DNA of 64,000 bases from Macrostomum lignano (taxonomy: Eukaryota): positions 62,817 through 126,816 of the forward strand of contig NIVC01002997.1 in the NCBI GenBank assembly GCA_002269645.1, read 5' to 3'. The first letter of the stretch is position 1; each line of letters starts with the position of its first letter. The notes below the pieces were generated by a model. That model was given only the letters and a program-made list of their open reading frames with translations, searched no databases and was not told where the DNA came from. Positions 14,304-30,900 of this stretch are shown here, piece by piece. Made by a program: the position numbers and the translations under genes.

Positions 14304-15352
14304 CACAAATTTATTCAAAAACAGATACTCTTCATCTTACGTTTTTAATATGCAAAGGGAAACAGCTGTGGCCCGTTCACAAGGTGAGCAGATGCCCAAT
14401 GTAAGGTGTGAATTATTATTTGTAATAAACTTGAACCACAATTAGGACAATGGTTTAAGCATAGCGCTTACCTAAGCATTATTATGCAGTGTCAAGTTTG
14501 ATCTCGATAGATTTCTAGTACTGATTACAGCACTTTACAGTAAACTAGAATTCTGCGAGTTATTTTGTCTGAAGCTCGCAGAATGGGATTCTAGTCCAAG
14601 TCTCTAAAAAGGTCCTTGCCGCCGCCTACTGTATTTATGTTTTGCAGCCGGCCAATATATCATTGAAAAAATATTTATACGTCCTTCACTCCAGTTCACA
14701 GCTGCAGAGATGCCTTCAATGATAATAGTACATCGGGCTTGGCTATCCTCAGTCTAGCTATCTTGTTGCGGCTTCTATCGGACCCGATATGGGAGCTGCA
14801 GTCACGCCATGCCCGTGTTTGATATTGGGAATGTATAAGATTTCAACTCTACACACGGCTATGTGTAGGAGCTATAGCGTCGCGTGTGTTCCATATGCTT
14901 CTCAATTGAGCTGTTCCAGATTTTCTTACTATACTGTAGCTATTGCTGAAGGTAATTTGATTCAAAATTCTGTCATACTTCTGTACAATCGAATCTGTTG
15001 ACGTGTTTTTCAGGCTACTGGGTACATCTTTATGCTAGCTTAATTGGTTTAACACAAAGAAGAAAGACGCTATCGGAGCGGCCGGAGGGAGAAGGGATGC
15101 AGATGCAAACTAGAAATCGAGATTGCGAGTAAGAGGTTGGTGCAAAAGCAGACGTAAAAATGTATTGATGCAGACAAGGCGATGCAGGCACAACGCACGG
15201 GCCTAAAATATTTATACTCAGCAACAGTCGAAAGTTCCACCCTCCAAGCGAGATGGATTTTTTTTCACAATTGCGAGTGACGCAACTTGCGTCACGGGCA
15301 AAGCTTATTGCCACTTGGGGGTGACTTGGGTCTGCTTAATGGTCCAAGATGA

Positions 15353-15711
15353 CAACTGAAAGAACAGCTACAGCTGCGCACTCTGCGCTGGCCTTCCCGG
15401 TCCCCAGACATGAATCCCATCGAGCATGTCTCGTGGGACTTCCTAAAACGCAGCATTCGAAAAGAGAATCCACCACAGAATGTTGCGGAGCTGCGTTATG
15501 CTTTTGAAACCGCTTGGCAGCAGCTTCCCCCGGACTTTCTGGGCCGCCTCATCCTGGGGATGCCCCGTAGAGTCGCCGCACTTCTGCGTGCGAAGGGATC
15601 CCACACGCGTTAGTAAGCATCGCGATTCTAACTGAATATTGCATAAAAATAAATTGTAACGATTTTGAGGGATTTGAGCGATTTTGAGCCGTTTATTTGC
15701 GAGAGAGTGTA
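15353..15711 (+). mobile_element. Tc1/mariner transposase C-terminal fragment plus right end
   Basis: Reads ..LRWPSRSPDMNPIEHV.WDFLKR..ELRYAFETAWQQLP..LILGMPRRVAALLRAKGSHTR*, containing the Tc1 WPxxSPDxNPIE motif. A plausible TIR end ..GAGAGTG|TA lies at 15710-15711. Confidence 0.88.
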
Positions 15712-16619
15712 ACGACAAAAAGCAGCCGACCTCAGTGGGTCAATAAATACAATATATTTATCTGTGTTGTGTACACGAAGGGCCAGAGACGTACATTAGG
15801 CTTAGGGGGGATGAAAGGTGGCGTGATTGGGTGCTGGTAGAAAATGATTGAAGGGGAGAAAGGGCAGAGGGAATGCGGTGGTTGCGAAAGTGCAACGACA
15901 CAACAGTTGTAAGCGCTTTAAGCCCTTTTTAGATTAAGAGTAGTGCCATTGCAGACAGACTGAGTCGTCTATATTGTTGGTTTCTATCATCTGTGGGTGT
16001 AGGTTATCACGGATATGTTATGGTATTTCTCTTCTCAAAAGTACACTGAGCAACATTGAAAAGCTATGACGCAAGGTTTTTCAACTCCTCTCTCCAGGCG
16101 CATTATTGGGTCTGGAGTGGCCGTTCTCAGAGCTGCTCACATGTAGATTGTATGACATTCAACTAAACAACACAAATACTGAAATCCAAGCTGACGGAAT
16201 GCAGGATATTAACTTTCTATTACAGCTCATAGCCGTTAGAAAGCAGAAATACGCGTGGAAAGATGAGGCGTTGAAAAAAGCAACAATGTAATGTCAGACA
16301 AAAAATGTTAATGTCGATTTAAAATGATTAAAGGTTCAAAATTGATAAAAAGTGTTCTGATATTTCCGAACCAGCCAGCCAATCCTGTCAATCACATTAA
16401 AATAACAAACTTGCAATTTAAATCGATATAGCAGCAGACTAACAGTCGGGTCAATCTTCAACATTTTTACTCTGGCTAATTAAATTTACCATCAAGTCTT
16501 CCGGAAAATCTACCCAACCTTTCAGTCCAGCTACCAGTACCAGTCAGTCTTACCTGACAAACTACCAAGCCGTCTAGAATCTATCTGGCAGTTTTTCATG
16601 TAATCTGCTATTACAGCCA

Positions 16620-16999
16620 GTGGGTTGTAGCCTATTGGTGGGTTTTAGCCTATTGGTGGGTTGTAGCCTATTGGTGGGTTGTAGCCTATTGGTGGGTTGT
16701 AGCCTATTGGTGGGTTGTAGCCTATTGGTGGGTTGTAGCCTATTGGTGGGTTGTAGCCTATTGGTGGGTTGTAGCCTATTGGTGGGTTGTAGCCTATTGG
16801 TGGGTTGTAGCCTATTGGTGGGTTGTAGCCTATTGGTGGGTTGTAGCCTATTGGTGGGTTGTAGCCTATTGGTGGGTTGTAGCCTATTGGTGGGTTGTAG
16901 CCTATTGGTGGGTTGTAGCCTATTGGTGGGTTGTAGCCTATTGGTGGGTTGTAGCCTGGTGGGTTGTAGCCTATTGGTGGGTTGTAGCCTATTGGTGGG
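16620..16999. repeat. 18-bp minisatellite (TTGTAGCCTATTGGTGGG)n abutting a SINE head
   Basis: About 21 units; the unit matches the first ~15 nt of the adjacent SINE. Confidence 0.95.
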
Positions 17000-17308
17000 T
17001 TGTAGTCTAGTGGTCAGAGCGTCGGACTCACAACTTGAAGGTCGGTGGTTCGATTCCCGATCCCACTGGAAAAATTTGTGCCCTTGAGCAAGACACTTAA
17101 CTCTCTGCATTGCTTCAGCTCACCCAGCTGTAAAATGGATGCCAGCATTAGCTGGGGTAATTGAGGGTGTGTGTGACGACCCCCCAGTCCTTGGACTGAA
17201 CAGCCTTCAGATGCGCCGCGCAATAGCTGCGGCTGAGCTGTCGGTTGCACATCTGGCCCAATTGGAGCAGGTGTAATCAAGTATTATTATATTATCATTA
17301 TTATTATA
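17000..17308 (+). mobile_element. Apparently full-length tRNA-derived CORE-like SINE with (TAT)n tail
   Basis: A-box TAGTCTAGTGG, B-box GGTTCGATTCC, central TGTGCCCTTGAGCAAGACACTTAAC..CCCAGCTGTAAAATGG resembling the MIR/CORE domain, TAT-repeat tail at 17281-17308. It ends ~25 nt from the GPCR stop codon. Confidence 0.82.
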
Positions 17309-17332
17309 GCCACATAATCCAAGTTCAGTCAG

Positions 17333-21624
<4,292 letters not shown>

Positions 21625-22326
21625 TCTGCTGCGGCAGGGAGCGAATGGGATCTGATCGTTGTCCGTGTCTGCAGCATCCGCCCTTCAATCTCTTTCTCAG
21701 TCCCCAGATTTTGTATCCGCGAGTGCAGTGCTCCACAGAGCCAGCCTGGATTGGCTCGTGTTTCCATGGGGAGCTGAGGGAGGAGGAGGAGGGAGGCCCC
21801 AGGAACTATTTCCCCTTCAGACGCGGGGATGAGATAGGAAATTTAGAGGATATATTTCTCTACAAAGAGAGGGGATTGGGAGAAGGATGACGATAGGTCG
21901 ACGAGTGTGAGGAACTCTGAACACGCGACGGGGGGGATTCCTGGCTTACCTAGTTGGCGGGAAAATTCAATTAGCCAGGCGGGCTAAGACTCTAGATGCA
22001 GGATTCTGTTTCCCATTGATCCCCCTCAGCATCTCAAATGAAAAGCTCGTGTCTCATCCTCCCTCATTCCCTCCTCTCCGCTGGAACCCCTAACAAGTGC
22101 CGATTGCTAATAGCCCAGGTATTTTCAATTTAGCCTGTAAGCACGAGCTTTATGAATGCGGAAAAGAATTAGCTATTCAATTTGCAAATGTTGTTTATCA
22201 ATTTGCAAATGTGCCTGCGGCTTTGCAAATTTATCGCTAATTAGCTGGTCTTAAACACGGATAAATGTAGTTCATTATTTCTTCGATTCGCTTGGAAAAT
22301 TCTTCACAAATTGTTTGGTTTGGGTG

Positions 22327-22840
22327 TAGAATAGGCATAGAATATAGAATAGGCATAGAATATAGAATAGGCATAGAATATAGAATAGGCATAGAATATA
22401 GAATAGGCATAGAATATAGAATAGGCATAGAATATAGAATAGGCATAGAATATAGAATAGGCATAGAATATAGAATAGGCATAGAATATAGAATAGGTAT
22501 AGAATATAGAATAGGCATAGAATATAGAATAGGTATAGAATATATAGAATAAGCATAGAATATAGAATAGGTATAGAATATAGAATAGGCATAGAATATA
22601 GAATAGGCATAGAATATAGAATAGGCATAAAATATACAGAATAGGCATGCAATATACAGAATAGGCATAGAATACATAGAATAGAGTATAAAAAATGCAT
22701 AAGTTATACAGAATAGGCATAGAATATACAGAATAGGCATGGAATATAGAATAGGCATAGAATATAGAATAGGCATAGAATATACAGAATAGGCATAGAA
22801 TATATAGAATAGGCATAGAATATACAATGGAATAGGCATA
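22327..22840. repeat. 18-bp minisatellite (AGAATAGGCATAGAATAT)n
   Basis: Direct; produces the IGIEYR / SMPILY periodic ORFs. Confidence 0.95.
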
Positions 22841-23579
22841 GTAGACTGTGCAGACCATCTTTTGTTTTAACTTGAGTAACCAGTTATAAAACAACGATAA
22901 CTGATGGAGTAGCAAAGATCATGCAATACTGGCAATCCCAGCTCAATGCAAGCACACCGTGATGTTTGTCCTATCCATTCTCCTCTGTCTACTTGAGTGC
23001 AGAATCAATATGTACAGTGCATGCAGAACAAGTTTGCTCTTGTCTGTCTACATGTAGCTAACTAATTGTACTAAATTGTAGCACGCACTTAAATACGGCA
23101 CTCTTGAAGTATAACAAAAAATGATATAATATTCGAATTCACTACTAAATACGATTTCTGTCAGTAGCATACTCTACCGAATAAAAATTCTTGCTTTAAT
23201 ATATCTGAGCATTTGCGCGCAGTTCAGCCGAACTCTCTCAAGGGTCAGAGAGCGACTCAAAAGGAATTACATTCAGGCAGTAGAGTTGAGTGAAGCTTGT
23301 TGTCAGGCAAGATGCGCAGAAATTCGCCTCGAGAGAGCTCTGGGAGACAGTAAACAGGAGAGCACAGAGCAGCCCCCCCCCCCCCGATGACCCCCACCAC
23401 TACGCAGCCTATTTTTTCGAGGACAGAGTTGTATTCTCTCACTCACGTTCACAGGTATATTTAGGGTGGGTCAAAATTTTATTGCTCAATTTTTTTGTCA
23501 ATTAGAAGACGTGTGGTCAAATTAATACACCACCGAAGCTAAAAAAAACAATTAGATACTAGAAATTTGAAAGATTTCA

Positions 23580-26500
23580 ATGGATTTTCTGCACGCGTTT
23601 GAGGACATCGACTCGGACTTCTCCGGTGAGATCACCACCGAGGAGCTGGAGGCTTATTGCAGACGGCACAACTATGAGGATCGGTTTGTTGAGGTGAGTT
23701 AATGCAGACTGAGTTGGAGTGAAGTTCCATTTGCTCAGAGGGAGTTCTTGTGTTTGGACTATTTACGGTGGAATGAGGTTATTTCATATAACATCCCAGA
23801 GTCTGTTGAAGTAGAAAGAACGCTAGAGCTGGAAGCCGGTAAGGAACGTATGCTTGTCGTATCGCTGGTCCATTTGGCATGCTCTCAAGAAATTTGTCTA
23901 TGGCAAAACCTCATTCAGCTCTATGCGTTCTCTAGAGCATATTAAATGCAATTAGCGATATGACAAATGCACATTCGTTATCGGGCTTCCAGCGTACTAT
24001 TTCCATTTCTGATGTCCACGTCTATGGCAAAGAGACACTTTCGCATTGTTTAGCAATTTGACGATCATTATTCGCATTTTTTATGCAGAACAATACATTA
24101 CTACAAACAATGCATTGTTTTTAGGATCCTTAAACACAAAAACAATGCAAAGAATCAGCGGTCGCAGCGCGTGACAACGATTTTGTCTATTGCTCGCGCC
24201 TACCGGCGCTCGCCAGACAATCGTTGTCACGCACTGGGACCGCTGATTATTTATATTATTTTACTAGCTTTGCAAACTATTTGTATTCGTCACTTTCTTA
24301 GGTACTTTTCTACTAACGTCGGCTAAACGTCGGTAATGTAAAAGTACCCACTAGCCATCGACGTCGCAGGACGTCAGAAACATCTCTCCTACGTTGGATT
24401 GTTGTAGAGGAATGTACGTTAAAGCGCAGAGTTTATTTTCAGAGGAATAAGTTGCAATAATATTGGAGTGAGTACATTGAACAACGCGGATATGGGAGTT
24501 ATGTCATGTACACTGGAGTGAGTTGCAATGCACATTGAACATTGCGTTGCATGGCACATTGCAATGACTTCCTATACAAGTAGAGGCATTCACAATTAAT
24601 TTTAACCGAGATAAACGAGCACTGAAGTTTATCCATTATAATTTCATATTGATGGCAGAAATGGCTACGACTATTCGACCACGACAACTCGGGCACGATT
24701 ACAATCGAGGAGTTTGCGACACTCTCGCCTAGTGCCCAAACAGGAGTACATGTGAGCGCTAGGCGTGCTTCGGCTCTCTTTTGTGCCGTTTTTTCCGTTT
24801 GCTTCTTTGTGAGCTGCCTTTAGGTTCTTTAATAAGAAAGAAATGATGTGACTAAGTAGTGGTGTATGAAAAATTTCGGCAACGAAATAATGAGCGAAAG
24901 TCACTGAAGGAAGAAAAAATACCAGTACAGTAGATATAAAGACATAAGAAACAGCTCGAATATGAACATCAGATCAGCTTTAATGAAGGTAATTTAGCTC
25001 AGAAAAAGGATTGCGACCGATTTTAGTCCTTAAAAAGCAAAATTTATGATTAAATTGAACAGTAAAATCAGAGAAATAATTCCCTTTAAACCAGGACAGC
25101 TTTGAACTGTTTAGGAATCAATGCAAATTACATTTAGGTCGTACAGAAGGGCATAAAAAATATTGTACAGTGATATAAAGACATAAGAAACAGCTCAAAT
25201 GACATCAGACACTTTGGGTACATTTAGCTCAGAAACGGCTGGACCGATTTTGACCTTACATTTTGACACTTTGAACAGAAACAGAGCCTTTAGGACAGCT
25301 TTGAACTGTTGGACATTGCAAACATTTTGACAGAACGGCATAAAAATTGGACAGAATGACATTTTGACACTTTGGGACAGCAGAACGGCTGGACAGAGTG
25401 ACATTTTGACACTTTGGGACAGCAGAACGGCAGGACAGAGTGACATTTTGAAACTTTGGGACAGCAGAACGGCTGGACAGAATGACATTTTGACACTTTG
25501 GGACAGCAGAACGGCTGGACAGAGTGACATTTTGACACTTTGGGACAGCAGAACGGCCGGACAGAGTGACATTTTGACACTTTGGGACAGCAGAACGGCT
25601 GGACAGGGTGACATTTTGACACTTTGGAACAGCAAAACGGCTGGACAAAGTGACATTTTGACAATTTGGGACAGCAGAACGGCAGGACAGAGTGACATTT
25701 TGACACTTTGGAACAGCAGAACAGCAGGACAGAGTGACATTTTGACACTTTGGGACAGCAGAAAGGCAGGACAGAATGACATTTTGACACTTTGGGACAG
25801 CAGAACGGCTGGACAGGGTGACATTTTGACACTTTGGAACAGCAAAACGGCTGGACAGAATGACATTTTGACACTTTGGAACAGCAGAACGGCAGGACAG
25901 AATGACATTTTGACACTTTGGACAGCAGAACGGCAGGACAGAATGACATTTTGACACTTTGGACAGCAGAACGGCTGGACAGGGTGACATTTTGACACTT
26001 TGGAACAGCAAAACGGCTGGACAGAATGACATTTTGACACTTTGGAACAGCAAAACGGCTGGACAGAATGACATTTTGACACTTTGGAACAGCAGAACGG
26101 CTGGACAGAATGACATTTTGACACTTTGGGACAGCAGAACGGCAGGACAGAATGACATTTTGACACTTTGGAACAGCAGAACGGCTGGACAGAATGACAT
26201 TTTGACACTTTGGGACAGCAGAACGGCTGGACAGAATGACATTTTGACACTTTGGAACAGCAAAACGGCTGGACAGAATGACATTTTGACACTTTGGAAC
26301 AGCAAAACGGCAGGACAGAATGACATTTTGACACTTTGGAACAGCAGAACGGCTGGACAGAATGACATTTTGACACTTTGGAACAGCAGAACGGCTGGAC
26401 AGAATGACATTTTGACAATTTGGGACAGCAGAACGGCAGGACAGAATGACATTTTGACAATTTGGGACAGCAGAACGGCTGGACAGAGTGACATTTTGAC

Positions 26501-27299
26501 ACTTTGGGACAGCAGAACGGCTGGACAGAATGACATTTTGACACTTTGGAACAGCAAAACGGCTGGACAGAATGACATTTTGACACTTTGGAACAGCAGA
26601 ACGGCTGGACAGAATGACATTTTGACACTTTGGGACAGCAGAACGGCAGGACAGAATGACATTTTGACACTTTGGAACAGCAAAACGGCTGGACAGAATG
26701 ACATTTTGACACTTTGGAACAGCAGAACGGCAGGACAGAATGACATTTTGACACTTTGGAACAGCAAAACGGCTGGACAAAGTGACATTTTGACAATTTG
26801 GGACAGCAGAACGGCTGGACAGAGTGACATTTTGACACTTTGGGACAGCAGAACGGCTGGACAGAGTGATATTTTGACACCTTTAGAAGTTTGGAACAGT
26901 GAAGCGGTCATTGATCATTGATCATTGGATCATAAGCGAGAGCATCAGTGTTCAATCCACTGTCAAACCCTCAGGGAGAAAGTGCAAACCAATCGGGAAA
27001 AGTCCGAAGGCGGCGGCATAATGGACGGCGTGAAAATCATTACGGAAGACCCCGAGCTGTCCGACTCAACGAAAGAAGAGATCGTTCGCATCGCTCGTCA
27101 AGCGCAGGAGCAATTTGTCAACGAGCGCGACATTGCGCGTCACATGAAAGCGCGCCTAGACGACATGTTCGGACGCGCCTGGCACGTGATAGTTGGTCGC
27201 TACCAGTACGGGTCGTTCTGCACGCACGAGACTGGCAGCCTGTTTCATTTCTACGTGCTGAGAAATGCCGTTCTGGTGTGGAAAACGCCGGACTTTTAG
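23580..27299 (+). CDS. Tegument allergen-like (TAL) protein: two EF-hands + dynein light chain-like domain, 3 exons (23580-23693, 24659-24751, 26975-27299)
   Basis: Exon 1 MDFLHAFEDIDSDFSGEITTEELEAYCRRHNYEDRFVE|gt; exon 2 KWLRLFDHDNSGTITIEEF..; exon 3 ..DIARHMKARLDDMFGRAWHVIVG..YGSFCTHE..LFHF..VLVWKTP (DLC fold). Exon 2 needs two restored bases (FC-DTL-GLVPKQEYM) to match the phase-2 acceptor at 26975. Confidence 0.88.
25350..26880. repeat. 42-bp satellite (TGACATTTTGACACTTTGGGACAGCAGAACGGCTGGACAGAA)n in TAL intron 2
   Basis: About 36 units; 14-aa periodic ORFs on both strands. Confidence 0.97.
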
Positions 27300-27950
27300 C
27301 TTCTATGCAGGAAATTTAGACGCTTCAATTTTGAATTCAATTCCAGAGTTTAGGTGATCAGTTTTGTACCTGTACAACATCAAAATGATAGTTACTTTAC
27401 CCACTCTGGGCTAGAAAAATATTGAAAACACTTGTAGGAAATTATTAGCAGTTTTGCAGTCTAAGTGTATCCCTCATCGACACATGCTACGCTGTATAGG
27501 TAGGCTATATTATGTTAAGTTACTCAAGGACATTGTGCAAAGAATCCCAGATCATATTTTTAACTAGCTTGTACATACGCTCGTAGCTAGACAAATGTAG
27601 CAAATTTCAACTTTCAAATTCAAGCTTCATAGGCTGATGTTGATCATGTGCGGGGCGTCTGTCTCGTCACTACCTGTGGTGGTCCTTGATTTAGTTTTAC
27701 CCATCGCATCAAATTGTTTTGATTGACAATTGCTAGAATGGTATCATTGCCACTTTTGCTAAACTCTTGTCTGCTGTGCCGCTCACGCTGTTTTGTAGTT
27801 TTCTTTAATAAATATAGACGCACAATAAATTATTGAAGTATTCAATATCCGTCGATTTCTCTATAATTCGCTATTTTTTATGAAGAAATTTTATTTTGAA
27901 GATACAAAAAAAGAAATATTATCTCAAACTATTTTATAATGAAAAATATA

Positions 27951-30900
27951 TCAGCGACTGATTTCGGACGCCAGTTTGGCTGGCCGCGGCCCGGCCGGTT
28001 TGCTGTTTGCTGCCATCTGCTTTTGGCGCAGCAGCTCGGCCAGCTCGTCCCTGTTAGCCAGCAGCTTTTGCCAGTACTCAGGCCTGTTCTCCCAGAAGTC
28101 CCGGCAACGGCAGTGCCACTCCCAGAAGCAGTGCTGCTCGCCCTCGGGGAAGTAATAGTACACTGGCCGGCCGGTCTCCGTGCGCTGCTCTTTGCGCTCA
28201 ATGTTGGCCTGAAAGAAGTCTTCGACCTGCTTCTTAGTTACCCTGGTTAGTAGGGTCGAATTAATGCTGCTGGCGTACATTGACAGGTCGAATATGCTAA
28301 GGAGGTGCTTCCGAATGCCGATGTAGTTGACATCTGCGAAGTCCAGCTTCCTCTCGGTAAAGCTACAGTAGATCGGGTCGCCCATCTTGGCCAAGTCCAC
28401 CATCAGCTCCTGCATCTGGGTGCCGCCGTCGCCCCATTTGTCGTTGCGTTCGTCAAAGAAGTCTTTGAACTTGTCGATCTCCTGTTCGATGTCGTCTTTC
28501 ATGCGCATCACTTTTCGGCCGCTCATCTTCTTGAGGTACATCCACAGGAACTGCTTCTCCTCGTACAGCACCTGATCTCCGGTTTTCGTCAGTATGTCCT
28601 CTTCGCCGCGATCTTTCAGCTCCTGCAGTTTCATTACCTGCTTGTCGAACATACCGTCCCATGGAAAATGATTCTTGAGCAGTCGCAACAGTACGTAGCA
28701 GGCCGATTCAATCTCGCACAGTGGCGTCCGGCAGGCCATCTGGTGATTGGAGCGCGGTGCCCAGCGCCGATTTCCCATCGGAGGCACCGCGGCTGTGGTG
28801 CCCCAGGCCTCCTTGTACTTTGTCACCAGGCCATAGTCAATCAAGAAAATGGTATTGATGTTCTCGCCCCTGCCCGACATGAGCTGGTCGCATTTCAGGT
28901 CGTTGTGCGACAGCCCGATCGATGGCTCTTGCAGGCATTGAAGACGCGAGATGAACTGATCGCCGATCAGAAATACAGTTCTGGTGCATGGGATGTTATG
29001 GCAGGGCAAATGAGAGCTGCAGTTATAACATTCCTAAGTTTATTGCAAGTAATAATGAAAGTAAAAGTGGAGTACAGAGTGAGGAGCGGATACAAATATG
29101 ACGTATTTTTTTATTAGCAGCAGGGGGGTTGTGTGCACCCTGGCGCACTTTAAGCGACACAGGCACACAACCGGCGAGAGGCATTGCTGCCCATTCCGCC
29201 GACTCCCCTGAGCAGGCATACAAGCGCGCGGATACGTACGCAGGCACACACTCACACAGTAGTGTACAGTGGCCCTAACTTTATATTATCGTTAGGCATG
29301 TACACTTCACTGCGCCTTGGGGGTTGGCTCTCAAGGCCGTTAATTGCACGAGCAGAGCCAAGCCGAGATTCCAATTCAGCCCCAAATTAATGTGACTGCA
29401 CTTGGAATCGAGCCTGGGTCGCTGGCACACCAGAGCAGCTGCGCTACCGCTGGGCTACGGCCCCCCAAATATGACGTAAACAATAATGTGAAGCGGAGAA
29501 AGCGAAGTAAAATATTTGCTAAGCTACTAAAAGTAGAAATGAGAACATGCTAAAATATCTGACACTTTCACTTCTGCTATGACTTGACAGAAGGTCAAAT
29601 CGGAGCTTTTAAATTGCTTTAAAGTGATTTATTGAAAACCATCGCTTTTCATATTTGTTGTCACTTTCATTGCCAGAAAATCAGTGGCATTGGGGGAGGG
29701 GGCCGTAGCCCAGTGGTCCCAGCGCGGCGCTCTGATGTGCCAGCGGCCCAGGCTCGATTCCAAGTGCAGTCGCATTAATTTTGGGGTTAAATTAGAATAT
29801 CGGCTTGGCTCTGCTCGTGCAAATTAAGCGCCCTTGAGGGCCAACCCCCAAGGCACAGTGAAGTGTACATGCCTAACGATAAATAAAGTTAGGACCGCTG
29901 TACACTGTGAGTGTTTGCCTGTGCGTATGACTGCGTACGTATCCGCGCGCTTGTGTGCCTGCTCAGGGGAGTCGGCGGAATGGGCAGTAATGCCTCTCCG
30001 TTGGTTGTGTGACAATGTCGCTTAAAGGGCGCCAGGGTGCACAAAGCTTCCATTGCCTCTAGCTAAACCAGTGGCATTGCGATGGTTTTTCAAGCTTAGC
30101 TTTCCAATGAAATGAACAAAATATATACGAGACTCAATTAAAAAGAACTGTATCTTGTATATGCACTAGCATAGGGCGACGCACCTAGTCGACAGTCGCT
30201 GATCATTCTGCCGGCAATTGTGACTGCACACCTCCAGCATGTCTTCCAAGTCTGGGCCGCACAATTCCAGCAGTAAAAAGTGGAAGCCAAAGTGCTTCGT
30301 CCGTGTCGAGCCCTTGAAAGAAGTGAAGGAATAGTCGCCCAGTCGGCCGAACGCGTACGGCTTGGTGAAGCCGCGGGTATCTTTGAAGCCGAACCTGATA
30401 AGTTCAAGCGATTGCGCTGCTGTGACAATAATTTCTGTTGTAAGACTTAAAGAAGCAAATACATTTTTTAAAGCAGGGTTGAATGAGTACTTTGAATATT
30501 TGCATCGAATATCACGCTCTTTGAAGGTATTAAGGCATTGATATGTGTGTGGCGCCAAATCTTACACTCAATACCGGTATCGACTTAAAAAACTATGACT
30601 ACTTAGCTTTGGTGCTAAAAACCACTCTTGTCACTCAACACTGTACCATTTTTGTCACTCAACACTGCATAACTCTTGTCACTCAACACTGCACCACTCT
30701 TGTCACTCACTCAACACTGCATAACTCTTGTCACTCAATACTGCACCACTCTTGTCACTCAATACTGCGCCACTCTTGTCACTCAACACTGAACCAATCT
30801 TGTCACTCAACACTGCACCACTCTTGTCACTCACTCAACACTGCATAACTCTTGTCACTCAATACTGCACCACTCTTGTCACTCAATACTGCGCCACTCT

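Noticed and set aside
25195-26921. 500+ aa ORFs on both strands with repeats such as DILTLWDSRTAGQN, superficially WD40-like
   Set aside because: They come from the stop-free 42-bp satellite inside TAL intron 2; the 14-aa period is not a WD40 repeat and all frames are open.
29698-29770. tRNA-like sequences here and at 17000 and 14300
   Set aside because: A- and B-boxes are present but no complete cloverleaf or acceptor stem; they continue into SINE bodies, so they are not tRNA genes.
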